Assembly (NCBI GenBank): GCA_965203175.1
Contig: OZ241867.1
Coordinates: 4,928,001 to 4,992,000, forward strand
Source: Candidatus Latescibacterota bacterium
Lineage (GTDB): Bacteria > Latescibacterota > UBA2968 > UBA8231
Length of the DNA stretch: 64,000 bases
Reading direction: 5' to 3'
A program made the position numbers and the translations under genes. The stretch's first letter is position 1. Every line of letters begins with the position of its first letter. Positions 8,961 through 18,302 of this stretch are shown in pieces. The notes below the pieces were generated by a model. The model was given only the letters and a program-made list of their open reading frames with translations, ran no database searches and was not told where the DNA came from.

Positions 8961-10184
8961 ATGAAAATTACCGATGTAAAGAGTGCAATCATCGGCAGTA
9001 ACATCGTAATCCGCGTAGTGACCGATAAGGGAATCGATGGATACGGCGAAGTGGAGGAAGGTAAAGATTTTGTACAGCCCTTGGTTTCCTATTACAAAGA
9101 TCTGATCCTTGGCTGCGATCCGACAAACGTGGAATTCGTCATGCGCCGCATCCGGCGAGCAGGCGCGTTCAAGCCGTGGGGAAAAATCGTCAGCACGATT
9201 GAAATGGCCCTTTGGGACATCGCGGGCAAAGACGCGGGCATTCCGGTGTACAAGCTGCTCGGTGGGAAGGTGCGCAACAGGGTCCGAGTGTACAACGGGA
9301 GCTTTGGCAATCCGAATCCCCCCCACCCCGTGGCCGATACACCGGAAAAACAGGGTGAGAACATTCTCGCCCTGCGCGAGCTGCCCGAGGGCTTTACGAT
9401 TGTCAAAAACGCCGGCGTGTTCCACGGCTCGAGTTTTTTCCAATCGGTCGGCCTCGACGAACCCGCGTACAACACCTATCCGCAGGTGCCAGAGGCCTCT
9501 TGGATGTTAGACAACGGGAGCTTGCTCACAGAAGAGGCACTCGACGCGTACATCGACCATGTCGCTAGGATAAAGAGCGTGGTGAAGAACCGGGTAGGCC
9601 TCGCCTTAGACTGCGGACCGGGCATGACTGCAGTGGATGCCCTGAAGCTCGCCAAAGCGCTCGAGCCGTTCAACATCGTGTGGCTGGAGGACACGATCGC
9701 GGGTGACTATACACCGTTTACGCTGGCACACGTCTATCGGGATATTACAATCAATACGACCACTCCCATCCACACCGGAGAGCAGATCTACCTGCGCCAG
9801 AACTTCCGCGAACTGATCGAAAACCGAGCAGTGAACGTGATTGGGCCGGATCCGGCCGACGTAGGTGGCATCGCGGAACTGAAGTGGATTGCCGAATACG
9901 CGGATTTGCACGGAATCCTCATGGCACCGCACGGCACGATCGACGGCGTGTTCGGCATGGCAGCGCTCACTCACGTATGCTCCACAATGCCGCAAAACTT
10001 CATCGCCTACGAGTACCCGGCCGCCCATCCCGATTGGTGGTACGACATCGTAGATGGTCTGCCCGATCCGCTGCTGCGGGACGGCCACGTAACCGTATGG
10101 GATAAGCCCGGCTTTGGCGTCGAGTTCAACGTGAACAAGGCGTCCGAATACCTCCGAGAAGAGGACAAGGATTTCTTCAAATAA
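8961..10184 (+). CDS. Mandelate racemase/muconate lactonizing enzyme family protein
   Basis: MKITDVK start with AGGAGG RBS; IEMALWDIAGK..GIPVYKLLGG, WLED, TGE, PDPADVGGI, KPGFGV. Confidence 0.9.
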   Translation: MKITDVKSAIIGSNIVIRVVTDKGIDGYGEVEEGKDFVQPLVSYYKDLILGCDPTNVEFVMRRIRRAGAFKPWGKIVSTIEMALWDIAGKDAGIPVYKLLGGKVRNRVRVYNGSFGNPNPPHPVADTPEKQGENILALRELPEGFTIVKNAGVFHGSSFFQSVGLDEPAYNTYPQVPEASWMLDNGSLLTEEALDAYIDHVARIKSVVKNRVGLALDCGPGMTAVDALKLAKALEPFNIVWLEDTIAGDYTPFTLAHVYRDITINTTTPIHTGEQIYLRQNFRELIENRAVNVIGPDPADVGGIAELKWIAEYADLHGILMAPHGTIDGVFGMAALTHVCSTMPQNFIAYEYPAAHPDWWYDIVDGLPDPLLRDGHVTVWDKPGFGVEFNVNKASEYLREEDKDFFK

Positions 10185-10205
10185 TCGAAATATCCAATAA
10201 ATCCC

Positions 10206-11204
10206 ATGACACAAGTAATCTCCACTGTCGACCTTGACCGCGATGGCAAGCAAATCGGCTGGCTGCATGTGCCGCATTCGGTCACTCGCAGCGCCTACGG
10301 GGTACTGCCCATCCCCATCGCCGTCATTCGCAATGGTCCCGGGCCGCAGGTCCTGCTGACAGCCGGCAATCACGGCGACGAGTACGAGGGCCAGGTGGTC
10401 CTGACGCGCTTGATCCAAGAGTTGCAGCCCGAACAAATCCGAGGCAGCCTCATCATCATACCAGCGCTGAATCAACCAGCCGTGCTAGCGGCAGCGCGGG
10501 TCAGTCCGCTGGACGCAGGGAATCTGAACAGAGTCTTCCCAGGCGACCCCGAGGGCGGACCGACGTGGAAAATTGCAGACTACGTCGAACAGCATCTACT
10601 GCCGAGAGTTGAAGTAGTGGCCGACTTCCACGGCGGCGGGGCCTCCCTAGAATACCGACCACACGCCAGCACCCACTTCGGTCCCGACACATCCTCTGAG
10701 CACAAGCACCTAAGCCTGGATTTGGTTTCCAAGTTGGGTGTGCCACACGTAATGGTTTTCGAGAATCATACTGATAAGGGAGGACTACCCGATGCCGCCA
10801 TTCGGCAGGGCGTGATCTCTCTAGGCGGGGAATACGGTGGAACGGGTAGCGTATCGCGGTCCGGGGTAAAGCTGGTGCAACAGGCGGTTGATCGATTGCT
10901 GGCAGCTCTGGGAATTAAGGGCGCGCTGCCGGATGACCTCGATACGCCTCAGGTTCTATACATCTTCGGCCCCGACGCGTACGCTTATGCACCGGAGCCA
11001 GGCCTGTTCGACCCGGCTACCGATCTGGGCGATGAGGTGAGTGTCGGCGATCTGTGCGGTCAGGTTCTGTTTCCGGAGAATCCTGTGCGCCCCCCCGTGC
11101 CCGTTACTTTCCGCGGCGAGGGTACGGTAGTCTGCAAACGGCACCCAGGCAGGGTGGAAGCCGGAGACTGCGTCGCCCACCTAGCAACCCCGGTAAGCGA
11201 TTGA
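10206..11204 (+). CDS. Succinylglutamate desuccinylase/aspartoacylase (M14, DoeB-like) family
   Basis: AGNHGDEYEG, NLNRVFPG, DFHGGG, GEYGG. Confidence 0.88.
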   Translation: MTQVISTVDLDRDGKQIGWLHVPHSVTRSAYGVLPIPIAVIRNGPGPQVLLTAGNHGDEYEGQVVLTRLIQELQPEQIRGSLIIIPALNQPAVLAAARVSPLDAGNLNRVFPGDPEGGPTWKIADYVEQHLLPRVEVVADFHGGGASLEYRPHASTHFGPDTSSEHKHLSLDLVSKLGVPHVMVFENHTDKGGLPDAAIRQGVISLGGEYGGTGSVSRSGVKLVQQAVDRLLAALGIKGALPDDLDTPQVLYIFGPDAYAYAPEPGLFDPATDLGDEVSVGDLCGQVLFPENPVRPPVPVTFRGEGTVVCKRHPGRVEAGDCVAHLATPVSD

Positions 11205-11222
11205 CCACTTCCCGGCAATCCC

Positions 11223-11966
11223 TCACTCAATTTCATATACCACCGTGACATTCACGGTGACAGCGAGCTCACCTGGGGCAATGGGAGTGGAAGTACGCGC
11301 GGCATTATCGAAGGCGGCTTCCGCCGTCCTCGCAAACGGAATTGGAGGACCTTCGAAATAGGTACTCTCAGTGATGTTAATAGGTTCTCCTAGCCTTACA
11401 CCGCTCGCTTTCGCTAAGGTTTGTGCTTTCGCTTCAGCATCTTCTACCGCCAAACTACGCGCCTGGGTTTGCAATGGTGCAGTATCATCAATCATAAATT
11501 GAATGGTGTTAATGACGATGCTGTTTCCTCCCGCTGCGGCGGCATCATCTATGACATCACTGAGGGTTTCCAATTCTCGAACCTTCACCCGAACGGTGTT
11601 GCTTACCATGTAACCACGAAGTATGCGGTTGTTTCCTGAATAGTCGTACTGGGGATAGATACTGAAATTCTCAGTTTTAATATCTTTTTCAGCAATGTTG
11701 TTCTCTTTTAGCGAAGCTATTAACGCGGTCATCGCACTCGCGGCTTCTTCACGTGCCTCTACGACAGTCTCCTTCTCAACAGACACACCTACATTGAGCA
11801 ATGCAATATCTGGTTCACCAGTAACTGAACCACTCCCGGTCACATGGATAGTTCTGTCCGTTGCTGAGGATGATAACACCTCCGAAGCAATATTCACATC
11901 ACAAGCAGTGAGGGCTAAAATCAGCAATGTGCCGATCGTTAAAGACCAATAATTACACCTTTTCAT
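11223..11966 (-). CDS. SIMPL/DUF541 domain lipoprotein
   Basis: Start MKRCNYW with GGAGG RBS, lipobox LTAC, IHVTGSGSV..EPDIA, FSIYPQYDY, AVEDAEAKAQTLA. Confidence 0.88.
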   Translation of the reverse strand: MKRCNYWSLTIGTLLILALTACDVNIASEVLSSSATDRTIHVTGSGSVTGEPDIALLNVGVSVEKETVVEAREEAASAMTALIASLKENNIAEKDIKTENFSIYPQYDYSGNNRILRGYMVSNTVRVKVRELETLSDVIDDAAAAGGNSIVINTIQFMIDDTAPLQTQARSLAVEDAEAKAQTLAKASGVRLGEPINITESTYFEGPPIPFARTAEAAFDNAARTSTPIAPGELAVTVNVTVVYEIE

Positions 11967-12484
11967 AGATACCTCCCGTGAGACGGCCGACTTGAGTCGG
12001 CAGAGGGATAGGGATTGAAACGGCGATGAAGCCGAAACGCACAAGGCGTTTTGGCTTGCTGAGTAGGTTCAAACTTGACGCGGTTCCATGAGGACGGTAT
12101 CCCTTTTGGCAGGTTGAGCACCCGACCTTCAGCGCCTGCTCGGCTCAACCTTCGGGGCGGGTGGTACGCAACGTCTGTTGCCTCTACCGCTCCTGGCGTT
12201 CGCCGAGCAGTACCCATCCCCAATGCCAGACGGTGCTGCGGCAGGATGGGGAGGAGGCCAGTAGAGACGGCGACGGTCTCTACGCCAAGCAGCCAGTGCG
12301 GTTGTAATGGGTCTCGTATACTCTTCCGGTTCGTCCCAGGCCGGGTCGCGGCGGTAGGGCCGGAGAGGGTAAAGCCGATTGCTTTAGCTATCGGTGGCAT
12401 TACTTTTCCTCCTATGAATCTCGACGAAAACAAGCCCTGGCCGCCAGTGGGCCGCCCTCTAGCAGGACCAACGCCTGAACCAAG

Positions 12485-12567
12485 AGCGCCGCAACGCACA
12501 GCCAAGCCGCTCCAAAGACGCCGACACCGCTTGACCTGTTCCCTGAAAGGCCCTTTATAATTCCTAT
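12485..12567 (+). promoter_or_regulatory. Duplicated ~85 bp promoter element, copy A
   Basis: Homologous to 21278-21359; TTGACC-N19-TATAAT. Confidence 0.65.
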
Positions 12568-12673
12568 ACAATTCCGAGATCTGTTGCAAGCTTTCTCGAA
12601 TTAGGATCCGACTACTTTTTAGAAACCGCTTAGACGGCAATGTTCCGCGCCCAGCCAGTGCACGAGGTGACCT

Positions 12674-14236
12674 CTGGTACGCAAAGATAGAAAAATCATC
12701 AGCAACGACGACGGCTGGATCATGAGCAACATGACCGGTCCCGTAACGCCGCAGACCATCAAGGAGCGCATGATCGACACCTATGCCGGTGCGCCCATTG
12801 GCGCGGTCTCGTGGTGCGTCGGCAATAGCGAGACCTACGAATACGAAACAGAAGTAGGCGAGCGCACGGGGGACGGCTACACCCATTTTGCCGACGAGCG
12901 CCACGCCTGGCTGCAGCGAAACCTCCACAGTCTAATCGCCTCGTGCGGCGGCCCCTTGACCGAAATCGCGCGCCAGTTCCACGCGGCCAAGATCGACGTA
13001 CTGCCTTCGGTGCGTATGAACAGCCACTACGATATTCCCTATGACTCGCCATCCCACGGCCAGTTCCGCCGCGACCACCCCGACTGGCTCATCGGCCGCC
13101 CCCACGAGTACATCCCCCATCCCACCCTCGAACACGCCATCGCCAGGGGCCTTGACTACAAGTATCCCGGCGTCCGCGCGCACATGGAAAAAATCATCTT
13201 TGAACTCTGCGAAAAATTCGCCGTGGACGGGGTCGAACTCGACTATTTCCGCCACCCGGCATTCTTCCGGATCGAAGAAGCCTATACCAATCGCTATCTT
13301 ATGACCGACTTTATCCGGCGCATTCGCCAGCGCTTGGACGAGGTCGGCGCGCAGCGCGGCAAACACCTCGACCTGCTGGTCCGCGTCCCGCCGACGCTCT
13401 ACGACTCGCGGCGCATCGGCCTAGACGTCGAGGCCTGGATCGGCGAAGGGCTGGTGGACATTGTCGCGGCGGGCGGCGGCTTTATGCCCTTCGAGCAACC
13501 CATTGGCGAATTTGTCGCCGCAGCCGCGGGCACCGGCTGCCAGATCTACGGCAGCTTCGAGGCGCTGCGCTGGACCCTCGACGAAGAGGTGCTGTACGCC
13601 CTGGCAGCGCGGTTCTGGGACGCTGGCGTCGACGGCCTCTACCTGTTCAACTATTTCAATACGCCCAATGAGTGGAAGAAGCGCGTACTCGGCAATATGG
13701 TCGACCGGGACCGGCTGCCGCGTCTGCCCAAGCGCTACGAACTCGATCATTCAGACCGCATCAACAGCAAGGAACACCATATCGGCGCATTCAGATACGC
13801 CGTGCCCTGGGCTTCCTTGCCGGTGTTCATGGAAGAAACGCAGCGCGGCGGTGGCTCCGCGCTTTTTATGGACATCGCCGACGATGTGGACGGTGCGCGT
13901 TCCGCAGGGGCCTTAGGCGGCTGCACCCTGAGCCTCGGGTTCGACCACATCAATGACGATGACGAATTAGACGTCCACATCAATGGCGCGCCCGTACCTT
14001 GGGACAAACGCCAGGTTTCCCAAGACGGCTGGGGCTATACCGTCTTCGACGGCGTAGTCTATCACACGACCATGGCAACGGAGCGCGTCGAGGGTACTCT
14101 GATACAGTTTGATGTGACCGATCTGCCGATCAAGACGGGGAACAACGAATTGCTCGTGCGGCTCATCAAGGGTGCCGGACCACATTTTGCACCGGTGACC
14201 CTGACCGAGGTGCGGTTGGCGATCGACTATCGCTGA
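12674..14236 (+). CDS. Glycoside hydrolase-like TIM-barrel protein (GHL10/DUF187-like)
   Basis: KIISNDDG, PSVRMN, LDY..PGVR, DGVELDYFR, GVDGLYLFN; frame open back to CTG at 12674 behind GAGGTGA (first ATG 12722). Confidence 0.7.
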   Translation: MVRKDRKIISNDDGWIMSNMTGPVTPQTIKERMIDTYAGAPIGAVSWCVGNSETYEYETEVGERTGDGYTHFADERHAWLQRNLHSLIASCGGPLTEIARQFHAAKIDVLPSVRMNSHYDIPYDSPSHGQFRRDHPDWLIGRPHEYIPHPTLEHAIARGLDYKYPGVRAHMEKIIFELCEKFAVDGVELDYFRHPAFFRIEEAYTNRYLMTDFIRRIRQRLDEVGAQRGKHLDLLVRVPPTLYDSRRIGLDVEAWIGEGLVDIVAAGGGFMPFEQPIGEFVAAAAGTGCQIYGSFEALRWTLDEEVLYALAARFWDAGVDGLYLFNYFNTPNEWKKRVLGNMVDRDRLPRLPKRYELDHSDRINSKEHHIGAFRYAVPWASLPVFMEETQRGGGSALFMDIADDVDGARSAGALGGCTLSLGFDHINDDDELDVHINGAPVPWDKRQVSQDGWGYTVFDGVVYHTTMATERVEGTLIQFDVTDLPIKTGNNELLVRLIKGAGPHFAPVTLTEVRLAIDYR

Positions 14237-14373
14237 TACCGCATTCAGTCTCTAGCATCGAATAAGCTCGTTCATGGCCAAGTACATATTGGCAAAGTAT
14301 GAAGAGTTCGCTAGATTCTTACTATAAAGTTGGAGTCTTCAAAAAAAGTAGGAACCAACGAAAGGAGCACGCG

Positions 14374-14616
14374 ATGGCCGTCGCCAAACTAACCTCCAAA
14401 GGACAACTGGTCATTCCCCAAGCCATACGCCAGCACCTGCACCTACAGCAGGGCGACAGCGTGGATTTTATCATCCAAGACAATGGCGAAGTGGTCGTCA
14501 AACCGGCCACCCGGGATGTGCGAGCCCTAAAGAATATCCTGCCGAAACCCAAGAAGGCCGTATCGCTAGAGAAAATGGATCGCGCGGTGCGCGAGGGTGC
14601 GGCAAAAGCGCTGTGA
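14374..14616 (+). CDS. AbrB/MazE/SpoVT family antitoxin (VapB-like)
   Basis: AKLTSKGQLVIPQAIR.HL.LQQGD; AAGGAG RBS. Confidence 0.9.
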   Translation: MAVAKLTSKGQLVIPQAIRQHLHLQQGDSVDFIIQDNGEVVVKPATRDVRALKNILPKPKKAVSLEKMDRAVREGAAKAL

Positions 14617-15008
14617 GGGGGCTGGATACCAATGTGCTGGTGCGCTATCTAGTGCAGGACGATGCGGCACAGGCGCGGCGCGCGGCAAAAGAGATCGAAG
14701 CGGGATCGGATGCGGGCGAGATCTATTTTATTGCCGATGTCGTCGTCTGCGAGCTAGTATGGGTGCTCGATCGGGCCTATGGATACAGCCGGGCGCAGAT
14801 TGGCGACGCGCTGGAGGGCATTTTGCAGACGCGCTCATTTCATTTTGTGGACAAAGACCTGCTCTGGCAGGGGCTGGGCGATTACAAAAAGGGTAGGGGC
14901 GACTTTGCCGACTATGTGATTGGGCGCGTGGGCGAAAAGTCTGGGTGCGAAAAAACGCTCAGTTTTGATCGTGCCTTAAAAAGCGATGTACGATTTGAAG
15001 TGCTTTAG
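14613..15008 (+). CDS. vapC: PIN-domain toxin VapC
   Basis: GLDTNVLVRYL, ELVWVL, DFADY, SFDRAL; GTGA overlap with antitoxin. Confidence 0.9.
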   Translation: MRGLDTNVLVRYLVQDDAAQARRAAKEIEAGSDAGEIYFIADVVVCELVWVLDRAYGYSRAQIGDALEGILQTRSFHFVDKDLLWQGLGDYKKGRGDFADYVIGRVGEKSGCEKTLSFDRALKSDVRFEVL

Positions 15009-15147
15009 GGAAGTCCGCATGGTATGGTATGCGAGTGATTAATCGGCAAGTAATCCAAATGAAAGTCTCTGAATTGGAAGCGGCACCTGACGAGCTTCGT
15101 GCTCATTGGTTGTTGAGAAGCAAACTAGCTATAGCGAGGAATATCCC

Positions 15148-15969
15148 ATGTCACTGCACAAACCCTTTACAGAAGAAGAACTAGCGCCAATTCTCGAAGA
15201 TTTTTACAAAAACGGCGCGACCATCATCCGCAACGTCTTATCCCGAGAAGAATGCGAGCAAATATGCAGCCGCGTCGACCAGATCTTCGCCGAACCTTAT
15301 TTCACCGAAATGCGGAATGTAAAAATAAGGCCAGAGCTCGATGGCAAAGCGCCCATCGTTGTCCATCGGCTATTTGAATGCGACCGGATGTTCCGCGACC
15401 TGCTCGTGCGCGAGCCTATCATATCTATTGCCGAAACAGTCCTCGGCCCACAGTGCCATTGCATGGCGCAGGGATGCATCTTGAACCGCAGGGATATGGG
15501 CATTAACCGCTTTCACCTAGATGACAGCCTGGAATTTCCAATTGCGGACGACAATATCAGCAGTCACGACCGGCGTCTGCAGATGCCCGTTTTTCGCATG
15601 TCGTTCCAGATCGCCCTGACAGACCAAGACGAAGACCAATATGGCCCCAGCCAATTCGTGCCGGGCAGCCACTATGCGGGCAGACACCCCGACGATCCAG
15701 AAAATCCAACCTTCGACGGCCAAGGCCCCACGTCCCTGCTCATGCAAGCGGGAGACCTCTACCTCCTCAGCAGCCAAACCTGGCATCGCGGTGCCCCCAA
15801 TACATCGGATCGCGTCCGCTACCTCTTTCACCAAGTCTATGGTCAGCGCTTCGTCGCCCAGCGATTCTGGCCCTATCTCAACTATCACATGCCCGATTAC
15901 GTCCTCGAAGGCGCCGACGAACGCCTCCTGCGCGTCCTTGGCAAACACCCCGAAATGGCCTATGGATAA
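15148..15969 (+). CDS. Phytanoyl-CoA dioxygenase (PhyH) family protein
   Basis: HxD (FHLD), VPGSH, AGDL...WHRG..N. Confidence 0.85.
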   Translation: MSLHKPFTEEELAPILEDFYKNGATIIRNVLSREECEQICSRVDQIFAEPYFTEMRNVKIRPELDGKAPIVVHRLFECDRMFRDLLVREPIISIAETVLGPQCHCMAQGCILNRRDMGINRFHLDDSLEFPIADDNISSHDRRLQMPVFRMSFQIALTDQDEDQYGPSQFVPGSHYAGRHPDDPENPTFDGQGPTSLLMQAGDLYLLSSQTWHRGAPNTSDRVRYLFHQVYGQRFVAQRFWPYLNYHMPDYVLEGADERLLRVLGKHPEMAYG

Positions 15970-15995
15970 GCCGCCACGCAACATTAGGCGTAAAA

Positions 15996-17378
15996 ATGAC
16001 CGGTAAGCGACCAAATGTAGTCGTGTTTTTGACCGACGACCAAGGCTATGGCGATCTGGGAATCTATGGAAACCCGGACCTGAACACGCCCCACATCGAC
16101 CGCATCGGGCGAGAGGGGTTGTGTCTGAATCAGCATTATTCCGCATCGCCGATCTGTGCACCGGCCCGGGCAGCTTTTTTAACCGGCCGCTACAATCACC
16201 GCGTAGGCGCATTGAGCGTAGAGTCAAACCGCGGACTGGACCGAATCGCACTCGGAGAATCCACCATCGCGGATTTATTCAAAGCAAACGGCTATACAAC
16301 GGGAATGATAGGAAAGTGGCACAACGGACTACACGACATGCGCTATCATCCGAATAATCGGGGATTCGATGAATTTGCGGGATTTTTAAACGGAGGAATG
16401 AATTACTGGAACTGGATCATCGAATACAACGGGCAGCCAAAATGGTCAGACGGGCGCTATCTGACCGATGTATTTACGCAGGACGCCATCGAATTTATCA
16501 AACGGCACAAAACAGAGCCGTTTTTTCTCTATGTGGCCTACAACGCACCGCACGGTCCACTCGAAGCACCAGAAGAAGATGTCCGACCCTTTGCAGAAAT
16601 GGAAAAATTCACCCAGGCCGTGTGTCTGACCTACGGAATGATCCGGCGGATGGACACCGGAGTCGGACAGATCCTGGATACACTGGAACAACAGGGCCTG
16701 GCGGAAGATACAATAGTACTTTACACCAGCGACAATGGGCCTGTCCACTTCGGCAAGGGTGAAAGAGACCAGACGCGCTACAACGGGCCATTTCGAGGCG
16801 TGAAATACGATGTACTCGAAGGCGGAATCCGCGTGCCGGGCCTGATCCGCTGGCCGACGGGCCTGCCGCAGGGCCAGACCTATGACGGAATGCTGCATTT
16901 TACAGACTGGATGCCCACCCTATTAAAGGCGTGTGGAATCGACATGCAAACGCCCACAGACGGGATGGATGTCCTATCCGCATTACAGGGAAACAATGGA
17001 ACGCTTCCCACCAAACGATTCTGGCAATTCAACCGCTATGACCCCATCGGCACATGTAATGCCGCGATGAGAGACGGAGAATGGAAACTCTACTGCCCCC
17101 CCATTGAAGAGGCAATGCAAAAATTGAACTCGGATAATCTGTCATACGAGAAAAATCTCGAAGGACCGCATTTTCTGCTGGATGTGGAAAATCCACCTGT
17201 GGAACGGACCCTGTCACCGCCCAGCAACCCAGAACTTTACAATATTGAAAACGATCCGCACGAAAACATCGACCTCGCACAACAACAACCAGACCGCGTC
17301 CAGCGCATGAAACGCGAATTGGAAACGTGGTTTGAAACAGTAGAAGTGGACCGGCGGCGTATCGCGCCAAACAGGTGA
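15996..17378 (+). CDS. Cys-type sulfatase (arylsulfatase family)
   Basis: PNVVVFLTDDQGYGD, CAPARAAFLTGR, GKWH, SDNG, EGGIRVP. Confidence 0.93.
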   Translation: MTGKRPNVVVFLTDDQGYGDLGIYGNPDLNTPHIDRIGREGLCLNQHYSASPICAPARAAFLTGRYNHRVGALSVESNRGLDRIALGESTIADLFKANGYTTGMIGKWHNGLHDMRYHPNNRGFDEFAGFLNGGMNYWNWIIEYNGQPKWSDGRYLTDVFTQDAIEFIKRHKTEPFFLYVAYNAPHGPLEAPEEDVRPFAEMEKFTQAVCLTYGMIRRMDTGVGQILDTLEQQGLAEDTIVLYTSDNGPVHFGKGERDQTRYNGPFRGVKYDVLEGGIRVPGLIRWPTGLPQGQTYDGMLHFTDWMPTLLKACGIDMQTPTDGMDVLSALQGNNGTLPTKRFWQFNRYDPIGTCNAAMRDGEWKLYCPPIEEAMQKLNSDNLSYEKNLEGPHFLLDVENPPVERTLSPPSNPELYNIENDPHENIDLAQQQPDRVQRMKRELETWFETVEVDRRRIAPNR

Positions 17379-17441
17379 GCTGCCCTATTCGACCGCCAAC
17401 AGCCGGTTGCGCACCGGGAGACTTACGAGAGGAGACCATTA

Positions 17442-18287
17442 ATGACGTACCAATTTCAGCCGGGCGTGATGTACCTCATGCCCACTCACTTCGGACCAAT
17501 GACGGGACCGCGGCGCGCCCCCGACGGCAAGGGGTATGCCTGCATCGACACCCCCAAGTCCACCAGCTACTCAGTCAGCTTCCTGACCAACGCCGAACAG
17601 CTCGAGGAGCTGTTGCCGGAGGAATTCGCGCTGCACGGCGAGCCAGTGGTGACGGTGTACCAGATCCACATGAAGGAGATCGAGTGGTTGGCCGGGCGCG
17701 GCTACAACATTATGGGCGTGACCTTTCCGGCGACCTACACCGGCAAGCGCGACCGCGCAATGGGACCGTTTCTGACCGTCCTGTGGGAGAACATGACCGA
17801 GCCGATCCTCACCGGCCGGGAACAACTCGGGTTCGCGAAGATCTACTGTGAGATGCCGGATCCGGCCGTGTGCCGGGGCGAGACCCACGTCACAGCGCAC
17901 TGGCAGGGATTTCGCTTCCTAGACATGAAGCTGACCAACATGCGCGAAGTGGCACCCGACGACTATCCGGCACCGGCAGCGCCGCGCACCGACGGCGTGC
18001 TGACCGGGCTACTCCATTACAAGTACATCCCCCGCACCGGCCACTGGGGCGAAGCGGACGCGGCCTACGCCTGCCTGACCCCTGAGGAGGGCAGCAACAG
18101 CCGCCTGACTGAGTTGTGGCAGGGCGACGGGACGGTCGAGTTTCACCCCGCGCGCTGGGAGGACATGCCGACCCAGTACATGATCGTCAACGCGTTCCAC
18201 AACCTAGAGATCAAGGAATTCCGCGGCGGCACCATCAGCAAGACCATAGGCAGCAAGGATCTCAGCGATCAGCGCATGCTGGTGTAG
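17442..18287 (+). CDS. Acetoacetate decarboxylase-like family protein
   Basis: MPTHFGP, ILTGREQLGFAK (Schiff-base Lys motif), HYKYIP. Confidence 0.8.
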   Translation: MTYQFQPGVMYLMPTHFGPMTGPRRAPDGKGYACIDTPKSTSYSVSFLTNAEQLEELLPEEFALHGEPVVTVYQIHMKEIEWLAGRGYNIMGVTFPATYTGKRDRAMGPFLTVLWENMTEPILTGREQLGFAKIYCEMPDPAVCRGETHVTAHWQGFRFLDMKLTNMREVAPDDYPAPAAPRTDGVLTGLLHYKYIPRTGHWGEADAAYACLTPEEGSNSRLTELWQGDGTVEFHPARWEDMPTQYMIVNAFHNLEIKEFRGGTISKTIGSKDLSDQRMLV

Positions 18288-18302
18288 GGATTGAGCCAAT
18301 AT

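Noticed and set aside
15026-15110. Possible remnant of a DUF86/HepT-like gene start (VINRQVIQMKVSELE)
   Set aside because: Resemblance too weak to support without a search.
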